The notes under the pieces are model-generated. The model saw only the letters and a list, made by a program, of their open reading frames with translations, was not told the origin of the DNA and did not search any database. DNA of 30,664 bases. It comes from an uncultured Dehalococcoidales bacterium. GTDB taxonomy: Bacteria > Chloroflexota > Dehalococcoidia > GIF9 > AB-539-J10. This document shows positions 16,364-25,422 of the stretch, one piece after another. Position numbers and translations under genes: made by a program. The stretch covers positions 1 through 30,664 of the forward strand of contig CAYHBC010000004.1 in NCBI GenBank assembly GCA_964354775.1. The letters run 5' to 3'. Every line of letters begins with the position of its first letter. Within the stretch, counting starts at the first letter, position 1.

Positions 16364-17146
16364 ATGGAGCCGAAGCTGGACTTGAGATGGAATGACGACG
16401 CGGTAGTGCCGGCAAAGGTAAGCCCCGACCTTGAATTCCTCTTCCAACAGGGCGAGCGCCTCATCCTGGAAGCGGTGGCTGCCCGGGAAGGGGAATACAT
16501 ACTGGATGTGGGCTGCGGGCGGGCTGTTGATGCCGCCCTGCTGTCAGAAAGCGGCGCGGTGGTTATCGGACTTGAGCCTTCAGAGGTGATGTTGTCCCGG
16601 GCTAAGGAGCATCTCGGCACGGTTAGCGCTCCCGTAGCTTTATCCCGGGGGGTAGGGGAGAGCCTGCCCTTCAGGTCAAACTCCTTTGATAAAGTTATAT
16701 GCAAGGGGGCGCTGGACCATTTCCTCTCGCCGGATAAAACGATGGCGGAGATTTCCCGGGTGCTCAAGCCTGGCGGCGAAGCAATAATTGCCGTAGCCAA
16801 CATGGAAAGTTTCGCCTTCCATATCGGTAGGGGAATGTTCAAGCTAAGAGCTATTTTCTTTCCGGGAGCTGACCGCAAGGCAAAGCCCTGGGAGATGCCC
16901 CCCGACCACACCTGTAAATTTGACTACCAATCAATCAGCGGTCTGGTGAGGAGCTATTTCCAGGTGAAGAAAGCGGAGGGAATATCTTTACTCTATGGAA
17001 TGCCCGGTTGGGGCAATATTCTTTCCCTGCTTCCCCGACCCGTCCGCCGCGGTATTCTCGCCCTTCTGGATAAGGTAGCGCGTCCCCTTCCTTTGCTGGC
17101 GGATGTTATCGTGGTGAAGTGCGCTCTTTTTTCCCGGCGTAAATGA
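16364..17146 (+). CDS. Class I SAM-dependent methyltransferase (UbiE/Methyltransf_11-like), substrate unknown
   Basis: [34 protein letters not shown]. Confidence 0.88.
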   Translation: MEPKLDLRWNDDAVVPAKVSPDLEFLFQQGERLILEAVAAREGEYILDVGCGRAVDAALLSESGAVVIGLEPSEVMLSRAKEHLGTVSAPVALSRGVGESLPFRSNSFDKVICKGALDHFLSPDKTMAEISRVLKPGGEAIIAVANMESFAFHIGRGMFKLRAIFFPGADRKAKPWEMPPDHTCKFDYQSISGLVRSYFQVKKAEGISLLYGMPGWGNILSLLPRPVRRGILALLDKVARPLPLLADVIVVKCALFSRRK

Positions 17147-17831
17147 CCACGCTCTTGGGAATAATCAGGTTGAGCAAGCTCTCAAGCCAGCGGTGGATGT
17201 GCCGCTCGTTATTTATATCCAGCACCAGGAGCTTATAGTACAGGGAAGGGATGAGGGCTTTTTCCTTTTTGAGCCCGAAAAGACAGCGGAGTATCCAGTA
17301 AAAAGAGTGCAGGGCGTGATTGCGACAAACAGCGTAAACGCTGAGTCCCTGAGAACGCAGAAGGTCGATAACCTGCTCTGTTTTGTATATCCTTATGTGT
17401 CCCCCGGGAAAGCCATAATAGTCCCGGGAAAGCCTCCAGCAGACGGACTCAGCAAGATGATGAGGCACGCTGACTCCAATGGCACCGTCACCCCGGAGCA
17501 CCCTGACCAGCTCCCTGACCACCTCCCCGTCCCGGGGCATATGCTCCAGGACTTCAGAACAGATGATTTTGTTAAAAGCGCCGTCCTTGAAGGGAAGGCG
17601 GTTTATATCCGCCTGAAGCAAATGGCAATTACCGTTGACCTCGCCTTTCTGGCTTAACGAGCTCAGCATATATTTAGCCTTCTTGAGGCTCTCCATATCA
17701 ATATCAAAGGCGATAACGTTGGAATGGTTTTGCTTACATGCCTCCCAGATGTGTCTTCCCTCGCCACAGCCAGCATCCAGCAGCCAGTCGCCATCGTTCA
17801 AACCCAGCAGGTCAAGCTCCACCGTGACCAT
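17106..17831 (-). CDS. Class I SAM-dependent methyltransferase (241 aa)
   Basis: Start ATG 17831 (MVTVELDLLGL..); LLDAGCGEGRH, ADINRLPF, SEVLEHM, GGHIRIY; overlaps the 3' end of the glycosyltransferase gene. Confidence 0.88.
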   Translation of the reverse strand: MVTVELDLLGLNDGDWLLDAGCGEGRHIWEACKQNHSNVIAFDIDMESLKKAKYMLSSLSQKGEVNGNCHLLQADINRLPFKDGAFNKIICSEVLEHMPRDGEVVRELVRVLRGDGAIGVSVPHHLAESVCWRLSRDYYGFPGGHIRIYKTEQVIDLLRSQGLSVYAVCRNHALHSFYWILRCLFGLKKEKALIPSLYYKLLVLDINNERHIHRWLESLLNLIIPKSVVIYAGKKERTSPR

Positions 17832-19086
17832 CGTGATACACCAGCTCCCGGTATACCGCCACAATCTTGCGAGCCGCCTGCTCCCAGCTAAACTCCTGCT
17901 GCACCCGCCTTCTCCCCGCTTCCCCCAGCTCCTTCTGCCGCTCTTTATTATGGAGCAAATTTCTAATCGCCTCCGCCAGCGGCTCAGGCTCTCCCGGCGG
18001 GACGAGCACCCCGGCATCTCCGACCACTTCAGGGAGCGCTCCCGCGGAGCTGGCTATTACCGGGACACCGCAAGCCATTGCCTCGGAGGCGGGAAAACCA
18101 AACCCCTCATAAAGAGAGGGCACCACCGCCACTTCCGCCCTGGAGTACTGCCGGGCTAGTTCCTCCCTGGTTAATCTCCCGGTGAAACTTACCAGCCCGT
18201 TCACACCAAGCCTCTCCAGCAAGCTCAGGGCATATGAAGGAGGCGGGGGCTCCACCTGGTCGCCCCGGGGTAAACGCCGCCAGGGGTCATCCACGATAGT
18301 CAGCTTTATCCCCTCACTCTTCAACAGCTCCAGCGCTTTTAAGAGGTAGATAACTCCCTTCTTTCTATCATCGGTATTGCCGACCATAATCAAGCCGTTT
18401 CTGGTGCTGCTTTCCTCCTCATAGGGTTTAAAGACCTCGGTATCCGTCCCGTTATACACCACTCTTATTTTGTCCCCGGCTACCTTGAAGGCGCGCCGGG
18501 TTTCCTCCGCGGAGCTCCGGGAAACGGTGATAATCCCGTCAAGGCGGCGGGCGACGAAGCCCTGCATATGGAGAAGGCGATAAAACCTCCTCACTCCCCA
18601 CCTTGCCAGCCAGCCACCAGCCTGCTCCAAATCAGCCTGTTTATCTATGGAGAGCGGATGGTGGATGGTAGCGATAACCGGTATTCCCAGCCGTTTCATC
18701 AGCAGCAGTCCGTAGCCCAGACCCTGATTATCGTGGACGATGTCAAATTTGCGCCGTTTATGGAGCTGCTTGACCTTATCATAGGCTCTCAGGCTGAATG
18801 CCAGCGGGTCGGTGAATACTCCACATTTGGTGGTGAGCAATTCAGCAAGGTCAAGGGGAGTCCGAGCTTCACCAAGGTTCGCCCAGAATGACGCCTCCTT
18901 GTAATACAGGCTCGAGCTTTTGAGGCGGTGCAGCGCCACTGATTCGCCCAACTCCGGAAAAGGCTTGGCGCTGATTACATCTACCTCGTGCCCCATGCGG
19001 CAGAACTCGTGAGACAGATGGCTGACATAGATGCCCTGCCCACCACTATAAGGGTTTCCCCTGTAGGTGAGCAGGCAAATTCTCAT
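17812..19086 (-). CDS. GT-B glycosyltransferase family 4 (424 aa)
   Basis: MRICLLTYRGNPYSGGQGIYV, HDNQ, RKKGV, PSLYEGFGFPASEAMACGVPVI (EX7E), GALPEVVGD. Confidence 0.92.
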   Translation of the reverse strand: MRICLLTYRGNPYSGGQGIYVSHLSHEFCRMGHEVDVISAKPFPELGESVALHRLKSSSLYYKEASFWANLGEARTPLDLAELLTTKCGVFTDPLAFSLRAYDKVKQLHKRRKFDIVHDNQGLGYGLLLMKRLGIPVIATIHHPLSIDKQADLEQAGGWLARWGVRRFYRLLHMQGFVARRLDGIITVSRSSAEETRRAFKVAGDKIRVVYNGTDTEVFKPYEEESSTRNGLIMVGNTDDRKKGVIYLLKALELLKSEGIKLTIVDDPWRRLPRGDQVEPPPPSYALSLLERLGVNGLVSFTGRLTREELARQYSRAEVAVVPSLYEGFGFPASEAMACGVPVIASSAGALPEVVGDAGVLVPPGEPEPLAEAIRNLLHNKERQKELGEAGRRRVQQEFSWEQAARKIVAVYRELVYHDGHGGA

Positions 19087-19171
19087 CTTTTCACTCGCCA
19101 AAAAACAACGGAGCAATTTTAACACAGCTTCATCTTAAAGGGAATACAATACTTCCGGGCTTTAGCCCTCC

Positions 19172-19200
19172 TTTACAGCATTGCTCTGCCACACTATAAT
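19172..19200 (+). promoter_or_regulatory. sigma70-type promoter of the nucleotidyltransferase-secD-secF-hemW operon
   Basis: TTTACA (19172-19177), 17 bp, TATAAT (19195-19200); ATG at 19211, 10 nt later, no SD. Confidence 0.7.
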
Positions 19201-19210
19201 TGCCCTCATT

Positions 19211-20737
19211 ATGCCTCCTGATTTGGCTATTATTCTGGAAAGAGTATCCCGGCTGCTGAGTCAACAGGGATACCAGGGCTACGGCGTTGGAGGTCTTGTC
19301 CGCGACTGGCTCCTGGGAAGGGGAATTAACGATATTGATATTGCCGTAAATGGCGATGCGACCAGCATCGCCCGTAAAGTCGCCAGTGCAATTGGAGGCA
19401 AATTTGTGCTCCTGGACGAGGTCAACAAGGTAGCCAGGGTGGTGATGGGTGAAGGTGAACAGCAGTGGGAGCTTGATTTTTCCTCCTTTGCCGATGATGT
19501 TGAGTCCGACCTTGCCCGTCGAGACTTCACCGTAAATGCCCTGGCGGCTGAACTCAGCCAGCTTGCCGGGGCACTGGGACGGCATCCTGAGCCGCCCACC
19601 GCAGTAAAGCTCGTTGACCCCTTTTCCGGGGAAACCGATTTGAAAAAGAGGACTATCCGTGCGGTCAGCCCCGAAATCTTTGAGCGTGATGCCGCCCGGC
19701 TGCTCCGGGCAGTGCGTCTTGCCGCCGAGCTCAACTTCGTTATTGAACCCCAGACCGAGGCTTTGATTCGCCGCCATGCTAGCTTAATCGCCGGCGTCCC
19801 CGGGGAAAAGACCCGGGAAGAGCTGCTCAAGGTGGTCAGCTTGCCTGGCGCTGCCCACCGCCTGCGTTATCTAAATGAGCTCGGCTTGCTTTTAGTCCTC
19901 TTCCCCGAGCTAGCCGAAAGCAAAGGCGTGGAACAGCCCAAGCTGCATTTCTGGGATGTATTTGACCACTCCCTGGAGACTGTGGCAGCGATAGAATTCC
20001 TAACCCGGGAGCATGATTGGGAATACGGTAACGAAGGGATATTAGCCTGCGCCCCCTGGTCAGAGGCAATGGAAAAGCATTTATCCCGGGAAATATCCAC
20101 TGGAAGTAATGGTAAAATTATGCTTAAATTAGGGGGTTTGTTCCACGATATAGCTAAACCGAGGAAAAAAACTGTTGACGAAACTGGCAGAGCACGCTTT
20201 TATGGTCACGCCAGAGAGGGAGCGGATATGACCGTGGCTCTGCTGAAAAGGCTGCGGTTCAGCAACCGGGAAATAGACCTGATGGAAAGCCTTGTTTATC
20301 ACCACCTGCGCCCGATGCAGATGGCAAAGGAGGGGATGCCCACACCGAGAGCAATTTATCGCTACTTCAGGGATACCGCCGATGACGGAAGCGATATATT
20401 GATTTTAGCCCTGGCGGATTATCTTGCCAGCCGTGGTCCCCTGCTGGATAGGGAGGACTGGGAGGAGCATTGCCGGCTGATAAACTATATACTTGCCGAG
20501 CACAATGCGCAGCAGGCTAAAGTCCATCTCGAAAAGCTGATTGACGGGCACGACCTGATTAACATCTTCGGACTAGCCCCGGGACCCTTAATTGGCGAGC
20601 TTCTGGAGCTGGTGCGGGAGGCTCAAGCCAGCGGCGAGGTAGGGGATAGAGAGAGCGCCCTTGCCCTGGTGCGAAAGGAGCTGGTCATTACGGGGAGGCA
20701 GCAGGCTCATCTCCCCAAACAGAGGTTGAATAGTTGA
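19211..20737 (+). CDS. Class II tRNA nucleotidyltransferase with HD domain (CCA family; probable CC-adding type)
   Basis: VGGLVRDWLLG..NDIDIA (motif A), DLARRDFTVNA (motif B), DPFSG..DL (motif C), RDAARLLRAVR (motif D variant), FDHS...FHDIAKP HD domain, FYGHA..GA. Confidence 0.9.
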   Translation: MPPDLAIILERVSRLLSQQGYQGYGVGGLVRDWLLGRGINDIDIAVNGDATSIARKVASAIGGKFVLLDEVNKVARVVMGEGEQQWELDFSSFADDVESDLARRDFTVNALAAELSQLAGALGRHPEPPTAVKLVDPFSGETDLKKRTIRAVSPEIFERDAARLLRAVRLAAELNFVIEPQTEALIRRHASLIAGVPGEKTREELLKVVSLPGAAHRLRYLNELGLLLVLFPELAESKGVEQPKLHFWDVFDHSLETVAAIEFLTREHDWEYGNEGILACAPWSEAMEKHLSREISTGSNGKIMLKLGGLFHDIAKPRKKTVDETGRARFYGHAREGADMTVALLKRLRFSNREIDLMESLVYHHLRPMQMAKEGMPTPRAIYRYFRDTADDGSDILILALADYLASRGPLLDREDWEEHCRLINYILAEHNAQQAKVHLEKLIDGHDLINIFGLAPGPLIGELLELVREAQASGEVGDRESALALVRKELVITGRQQAHLPKQRLNS

Positions 20738-22071
20738 GCAAAACAATAAATAAATATCTGCCCGCCGCCATCATAATACTGCTTCTTATTTCGCTGTGGG
20801 CAATACTACCGGTGAGTACCAGGCTGCTTGGTCCCAACGGGCTGACGCTGGGACTGGACCTCAAGGGCGGCAGCCAGCTCCTTTACCAGGCGAATTTATC
20901 CCAGAAAGACCCTTCGGTAAGTGATGCCGAAGCTATGAATGCTGTGACTGCGAAAATTCAGCGGAGAGTTAATGAATTCGGCGTTACCGAACCCACAATT
21001 CAGATGCTGGGAACCGACAAAATAGTAGTCCAGCTTCCCGGAGTGGAAAATATCACCCGGGCGATTAGCCTCATCGGGGAGACAGGTCTGCTTGAATTCA
21101 GGGAGCAAGAGCTCTATGCAAACGGCACGGCGGTAATTAACGAGACCACCGGCGGCATAATGTTTAAAAACGAGTCCGCCACCGCTACCGGCACCGATGG
21201 TCAGGAGAAGACGCTCACCGGCAAGTACCTGAAGCATGCCTACCGGGCGGTGGACCCCTATGGAGGTCCCGTAGTTGCTTTCGAATGGGACAGTGAAGGT
21301 GCCCATCTGTTCCAGCAGATAACCCAGCGTAACCTGGACAAGCAGCTGGCTATTTATGTGGATAACAAGCCCATATCCGCCCCGGTGGTTAAATCGGTAA
21401 TCAGCGGCCAGGGGCAAATTGAAGGCAATTTTACCCTGGAATATGCCGGCGACCTGGCAAATATGCTCAACTCCGGTGCTCTGGATTTGCCCTTGACCTT
21501 GATTAACCAGCAGGATATAGACGCCTCACTGGGAAGCGATTCCATCCATAAGAGCCTGATTGCCGCCCAAATCGGGATAATCTTGCTGGTGCTGTTTATG
21601 ATTGCTTACTATCGCTTCCTCGGAGTGATGGCTTGCATAAGCCTGGGCATTTATGCCCTTTTCTTTCTCTCCATACTGACCCTTTTCCCCATCACCCTGA
21701 CCCTCCCCGGCATAGCCGCCCTTATCTTATCTCTGGGAATGGCAGTGGATGCCAATGTCCTTATTTTTGAGCGAACGAAGGAGGAGCTGCGGGATAAACG
21801 CCCCCTGAGCGCCGCGGTAGAGGCAGGATTTACCCGTGCCTGGCCGGCTATTCGCGACAGCAACGTCACCACCTTTATTGCCTGCATAATCCTCTTCTGG
21901 CTCGGGGGCACCTTCGGCGCCTTTATGGTTAGAGGCTTCGCCCTGACCTTGTTCATCGGTGTGGCTCTAAGTATGTTTACCGCCATCATCGTTACCCGGA
22001 CTTTCCTTCGCCTTGTCGTCAAAAATCGCCTGGTCACCAACCTGGCAGCTTATGGAGTTAAAGAACAATGA
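20734..22071 (+). CDS. secD: Protein translocase subunit SecD
   Basis: LGLDLKGG, RRVNEFGVTEP, SGALDLPL, ASLG, TLTLPGIAALILSLGMAVDANVLIFER, AIRDSNVTT; TTG start. Confidence 0.96.
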   Translation: MSKTINKYLPAAIIILLLISLWAILPVSTRLLGPNGLTLGLDLKGGSQLLYQANLSQKDPSVSDAEAMNAVTAKIQRRVNEFGVTEPTIQMLGTDKIVVQLPGVENITRAISLIGETGLLEFREQELYANGTAVINETTGGIMFKNESATATGTDGQEKTLTGKYLKHAYRAVDPYGGPVVAFEWDSEGAHLFQQITQRNLDKQLAIYVDNKPISAPVVKSVISGQGQIEGNFTLEYAGDLANMLNSGALDLPLTLINQQDIDASLGSDSIHKSLIAAQIGIILLVLFMIAYYRFLGVMACISLGIYALFFLSILTLFPITLTLPGIAALILSLGMAVDANVLIFERTKEELRDKRPLSAAVEAGFTRAWPAIRDSNVTTFIACIILFWLGGTFGAFMVRGFALTLFIGVALSMFTAIIVTRTFLRLVVKNRLVTNLAAYGVKEQ

Positions 22072-22985
22072 TTGACTTTGTGGGCCAAAAACGGTGGTTT
22101 ATCCTTGGCTCAGCCATAGCGCTCCTGATAATGATAATCTCGCTGGCAGCCTTTAAGCTGACGCCGGGGGTTGACTTCACCGGCGGCACCTCTATGACCC
22201 TCAATTTCACTCCCCAGGTAGAGCCGGGGCAATTACGCCAGGAGTTGATTGGACTGGGATATCCTGAAGCGGTTATTCAAAAGGCAGGGGACAATTTCTT
22301 CATCCGCATCAAGGCGATAAACACCACGGAAAGAGAAACTCTGCTCGGTGGACTAAACACCAGCTTGAATACCGAGATTTCAGTCCTTGACTATAACACC
22401 ATTTCCCCCTCTGTAGCCAGTAACACGGCGCGCAATGCCGGCATCGCCGTGCTCATATCCATCGTGGCTATGCTATTCTATATCGCCTGGGCGTTTCGTC
22501 GTATGCCCAATCCCCTCCGCTGGGGCACCTGCGCCATCGTTGCTCTGGGGCACGATGTGCTCATCGTCCTGGGCGTCTTCGCCATCATCGGTCAGGCAGC
22601 CCATGTGGAAGTTGACGCGTTATTTATCAGCGCAGTGCTTACCATCGTGGGCTACAGCATCAATAACGTCGTGATTGTATTTGACCGCATCCGGGAAAAT
22701 AAGACCCGGGGCATCAGCCCTGACTTCAGCGTGGTGGTAAATTCCAGCCTCACGGAGACATTAATGCGCAACCTGAATACCACCCTGACCGTCATTTGTG
22801 TTCTCCTCGCCCTGTTCCTCTTTGGCGGGTCAACGATTCATTACTTTATATTGGCGCTGCTAATCGGAGTGATTGTCGGCATCTATACCTCGCTGTTCAT
22901 CGCCGGTCCGCTCCTGGTCGTCTGGGAAAAAGGCGAGTGGAGAGAGGTTTTTCCCTGGTTTTTCCCCGCTAAGAAAGCTGCCTGA
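22068..22985 (+). CDS. secF: Protein translocase subunit SecF
   Basis: GVDFTGGT, ALGHDV, LTIVGYSINNVVIVFDRIREN, ETLMRNLNT, GIYTSLFIA. Confidence 0.96.
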   Translation: MIDFVGQKRWFILGSAIALLIMIISLAAFKLTPGVDFTGGTSMTLNFTPQVEPGQLRQELIGLGYPEAVIQKAGDNFFIRIKAINTTERETLLGGLNTSLNTEISVLDYNTISPSVASNTARNAGIAVLISIVAMLFYIAWAFRRMPNPLRWGTCAIVALGHDVLIVLGVFAIIGQAAHVEVDALFISAVLTIVGYSINNVVIVFDRIRENKTRGISPDFSVVVNSSLTETLMRNLNTTLTVICVLLALFLFGGSTIHYFILALLIGVIVGIYTSLFIAGPLLVVWEKGEWREVFPWFFPAKKAA

Positions 22986-24205
22986 TGGCTGAACCGGAAC
23001 TGAGCCTCTATTTTCATATTCCCTTTTGTTTATCCAGGTGCCATTACTGCGATTTTAATTCCTATGCCGGGCTGGGCTGGCTTATCCCTCAATATGTGGA
23101 CGCCCTCCAGAAGGAAATGCAGCTTTATGCCAAAGCAGCCTGGCAGTTTGAAGTAAAAACAGCTTACTTCGGTGGAGGCACGCCCAGCCTCCTTCCCCAG
23201 GAAGCCGTAGCCCGGCTCCTGGAAACCGGCACCAGGCTTTTCCACACCTCGCCCGAGATGGAGGTTACCCTGGAGGCAAACCCCGGGACGGTTAAGCCGT
23301 CCTTCCTGGCTCAACTGAGGCGGAGCGGGGTCAACCGGCTGAGCCTGGGCGTGCAGAGCTTCAGCGACACGGAGCTCCGGCTGCTGGGGAGAATTCACTC
23401 CGCCGCCGAAGCCCGGGAGGCTTACCGGGCAGCGAGGCAGGCTGGCTTTCAAAACATCAACATTGATTTGCTTTATGCCCTGCCCCGGCAGACAATCAAG
23501 GAATGGCAAAGCAGCTTTGCCGCGGTGCTGAGGCTTGCCCCCGACCATCTCTCGCTTTATCCCCTCACCCTGGAGCCCGGCACGCCTCTTTCCGACGCCG
23601 TAGCGGCGGGCTCGTTACCGCCGCCCGACGCTGACCTTGCCGCCGAGATGTACCTCCTCGCTTCAGACCGGCTCGCCGGGGAAGGCTACATCCACTACGA
23701 GATATCCAACTGGGCTCTGCCCGAAAGGGAATGCCGGCACAATTTGACCTACTGGAAAAACGGACCTTACCTCGGTTTTGGCGCCGGCGCCCACTCCCAT
23801 CTGGGCGGCTACCGCTGGGCTAATATTCTCTCGCCCACGGAATATGTAGCCAACCTCGATAGAGCGAAAACAAGCCCGGCAGAGCAGCCGGGTCTCCCCA
23901 CCCCGGTAACCGCCAGCATTGAGCCTGTTGACCGCGACCTGGAGATTGCCGATTCGGTTATTCTCGGTCTGAGGCTGGAGGAGGGAGTAGACTTCGCTCA
24001 TTTTGCTCGCCGCTTTGGAATAGAGCTTCCCGCCCTCTACCGGCAGCAGATTGAGGAGCTGACCGGGGTGGGACTCATCGCTGCCGACAGGAGGGGAATC
24101 AGGCTGACCGCTAGAGGCAGACTCCTGGGAAACGAGGTCTTCCTGCGCTTCCTGCCCAGGTACTCAGCTCGGGGTGAGAGCAGTCCTGCTAACCTTCTAT
24201 GTTGA
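22985..24205 (+). CDS. hemW: Radical SAM heme chaperone HemW (HemN-like)
   Basis: LYFHIPFCLSRCHYCDF (CX3CX2C), YFGGGTPS, EANP, RLSLGVQSF, HYEISNWA..ECRHNLTYW (the HNxxYW motif typical of HemW). Confidence 0.88.
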   Translation: MAEPELSLYFHIPFCLSRCHYCDFNSYAGLGWLIPQYVDALQKEMQLYAKAAWQFEVKTAYFGGGTPSLLPQEAVARLLETGTRLFHTSPEMEVTLEANPGTVKPSFLAQLRRSGVNRLSLGVQSFSDTELRLLGRIHSAAEAREAYRAARQAGFQNINIDLLYALPRQTIKEWQSSFAAVLRLAPDHLSLYPLTLEPGTPLSDAVAAGSLPPPDADLAAEMYLLASDRLAGEGYIHYEISNWALPERECRHNLTYWKNGPYLGFGAGAHSHLGGYRWANILSPTEYVANLDRAKTSPAEQPGLPTPVTASIEPVDRDLEIADSVILGLRLEEGVDFAHFARRFGIELPALYRQQIEELTGVGLIAADRRGIRLTARGRLLGNEVFLRFLPRYSARGESSPANLLC

Positions 24206-24221
24206 CATTGTCACATTTCAA

Positions 24222-24298
24222 TGTCATTGCGAGGAGCCAAAGGCGACGAAGCAATCTCCACTCCCCACCGAGATTGCCACGCTTCGCTCGCAATGACA
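24222..24298. mobile_element. Short palindromic REP/RPE-like (MITE-like) element between convergent genes
   Basis: 12-bp terminal inverted repeats TGTCATTGCGAG / CTCGCAATGACA and an internal IR GCAATCTC (24251-24258) / GAGATTGC (24270-24277); no coding capacity. Confidence 0.75.
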
Positions 24299-24307
24299 GA
24301 AAGAAGG

Positions 24308-25345
24308 TCAGCCCTCCAGGTGGTGAGTTTGCTTTATTCTCCTCAGGTGTTCCTCAAAGCCAACGATTTTCCTCATTACCGGTGCTTTGCCCAGCGGGTC
24401 AGCTACCCCGGGACTGCCCAGAAGGACATCAAAAACAGCCCTGGTGCTGAAGGCATCCACCTGAAGGTTGTAGCCGCCCTCCAGGGTGAAGACAAGGCGA
24501 CCTTGACATAACTCAAGAGCCAGCTCCTTCAATATCCGGGTCATTCCGGCAAAGCCGGTAATGCTCACCTGCATCATGGCTATGTCGTCAGCCCAGTGAG
24601 CGTCGAAGCCCGCCGAGACAAGTATGAGCTGCGGCTGGAACCTCCGGGCTAGCGGAACCAGGACCTCGTTAAACGCCCTCAGGTATTCCTCGTCACCCCA
24701 GCCGGCGGACATAGGAAAGTTAACGGTGTATCCCTTTCCCTTCCCCTCTCCAGTCTCGTCTATCCAGCCGCTGCCGGGATAAAAGGGATACTGGTGGGTG
24801 GAGAAGTAGAGCACCCCGGGGTCAGCATAAAAAGCCTCCTGCGTGGCATTGCCGTGGTGGACATCAAAATCAGCGATAAGGGCACGCTCAACATTAAAAT
24901 TAGCCCGGGCGAACTGGGCGGCGATAGCTACATTATTGAACAGGCAGAACCCCATTGCCCGGCTACGGGTGGCGTGGTGTCCCGGTGGTCGGACCAGAGC
25001 GAAGACGGACTCCGCCTCCCCCTTCATCACCTTTTCCACCGCGGTCAGCACTCCGCCGGCAGCGTATAACGCCACCTCGTAGGAGCGGGGACACATCACC
25101 GTATCAAGGTCAAGCCAGCCGCCTCCTCCCTCGGCTTCGCTCTTTATGCGAGAAACATATTCCGGGGAATGAACCGTCTCTATTTCCGCCACCGTGGCAG
25201 GACGCGGGGAGAACAGAACGAGCTTTTCCTTCATCCCTGTCTGCTCCAGGTGCTCCATTATGGCTACCAGCCTCCGGGAATTCTCCACATGGGCGCCGGT
25301 ATCGTGCTCCAGGTAGATGGGGTCATAAACCAGACCAACTTTCAA
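24308..25345 (-). CDS. Zn-dependent histone deacetylase-family protein (class II / AcuC-like)
   Basis: RPPGHHA, GFCLFNNVA, DFDVHHGN, STHQYPFYPGSG, SAGFDAH..D, LEGGY; probable TTG start at 25345 (MKVGLVYDP). Confidence 0.93.
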   Translation of the reverse strand: MKVGLVYDPIYLEHDTGAHVENSRRLVAIMEHLEQTGMKEKLVLFSPRPATVAEIETVHSPEYVSRIKSEAEGGGGWLDLDTVMCPRSYEVALYAAGGVLTAVEKVMKGEAESVFALVRPPGHHATRSRAMGFCLFNNVAIAAQFARANFNVERALIADFDVHHGNATQEAFYADPGVLYFSTHQYPFYPGSGWIDETGEGKGKGYTVNFPMSAGWGDEEYLRAFNEVLVPLARRFQPQLILVSAGFDAHWADDIAMMQVSITGFAGMTRILKELALELCQGRLVFTLEGGYNLQVDAFSTRAVFDVLLGSPGVADPLGKAPVMRKIVGFEEHLRRIKQTHHLEG

Positions 25346-25354
25346 CAGTTCCAC

Positions 25355-25383
25355 ATCATAACAAAGCCTCAAGGGCAACACAA
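25355..25383 (-). promoter_or_regulatory. Extended -10 promoter candidate of the deacetylase gene
   Basis: Minus strand TTGTGT, 17 bp, TGt-TATGAT, 9 nt before the TTG start. Confidence 0.45.
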
Positions 25384-25422
25384 ACGCAGGACCGGTTGAC
25401 CACGCCACCTGGAGGGAGTAAT

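Noticed and set aside
16294-16911. 206-aa N-terminal extension of RecA in the ORF track
   Set aside because: It lies antisense to the methyltransferase and crosses the recA promoter; RecA homology starts at ATG 16293.
22985-24205. Oxygen-independent coproporphyrinogen III oxidase HemN
   Set aside because: The short N-terminus and the HNxxYW motif fit HemW rather than true HemN.
24199-24511. ORFs 24199-24450 and 24221-24511
   Set aside because: They are translations of the palindromic element running antisense into the deacetylase gene.
24955-25422. 156-aa N-terminal extension of the acyl-CoA ligase ORF
   Set aside because: It is antisense to the deacetylase gene; homology starts at about LFNPRS.
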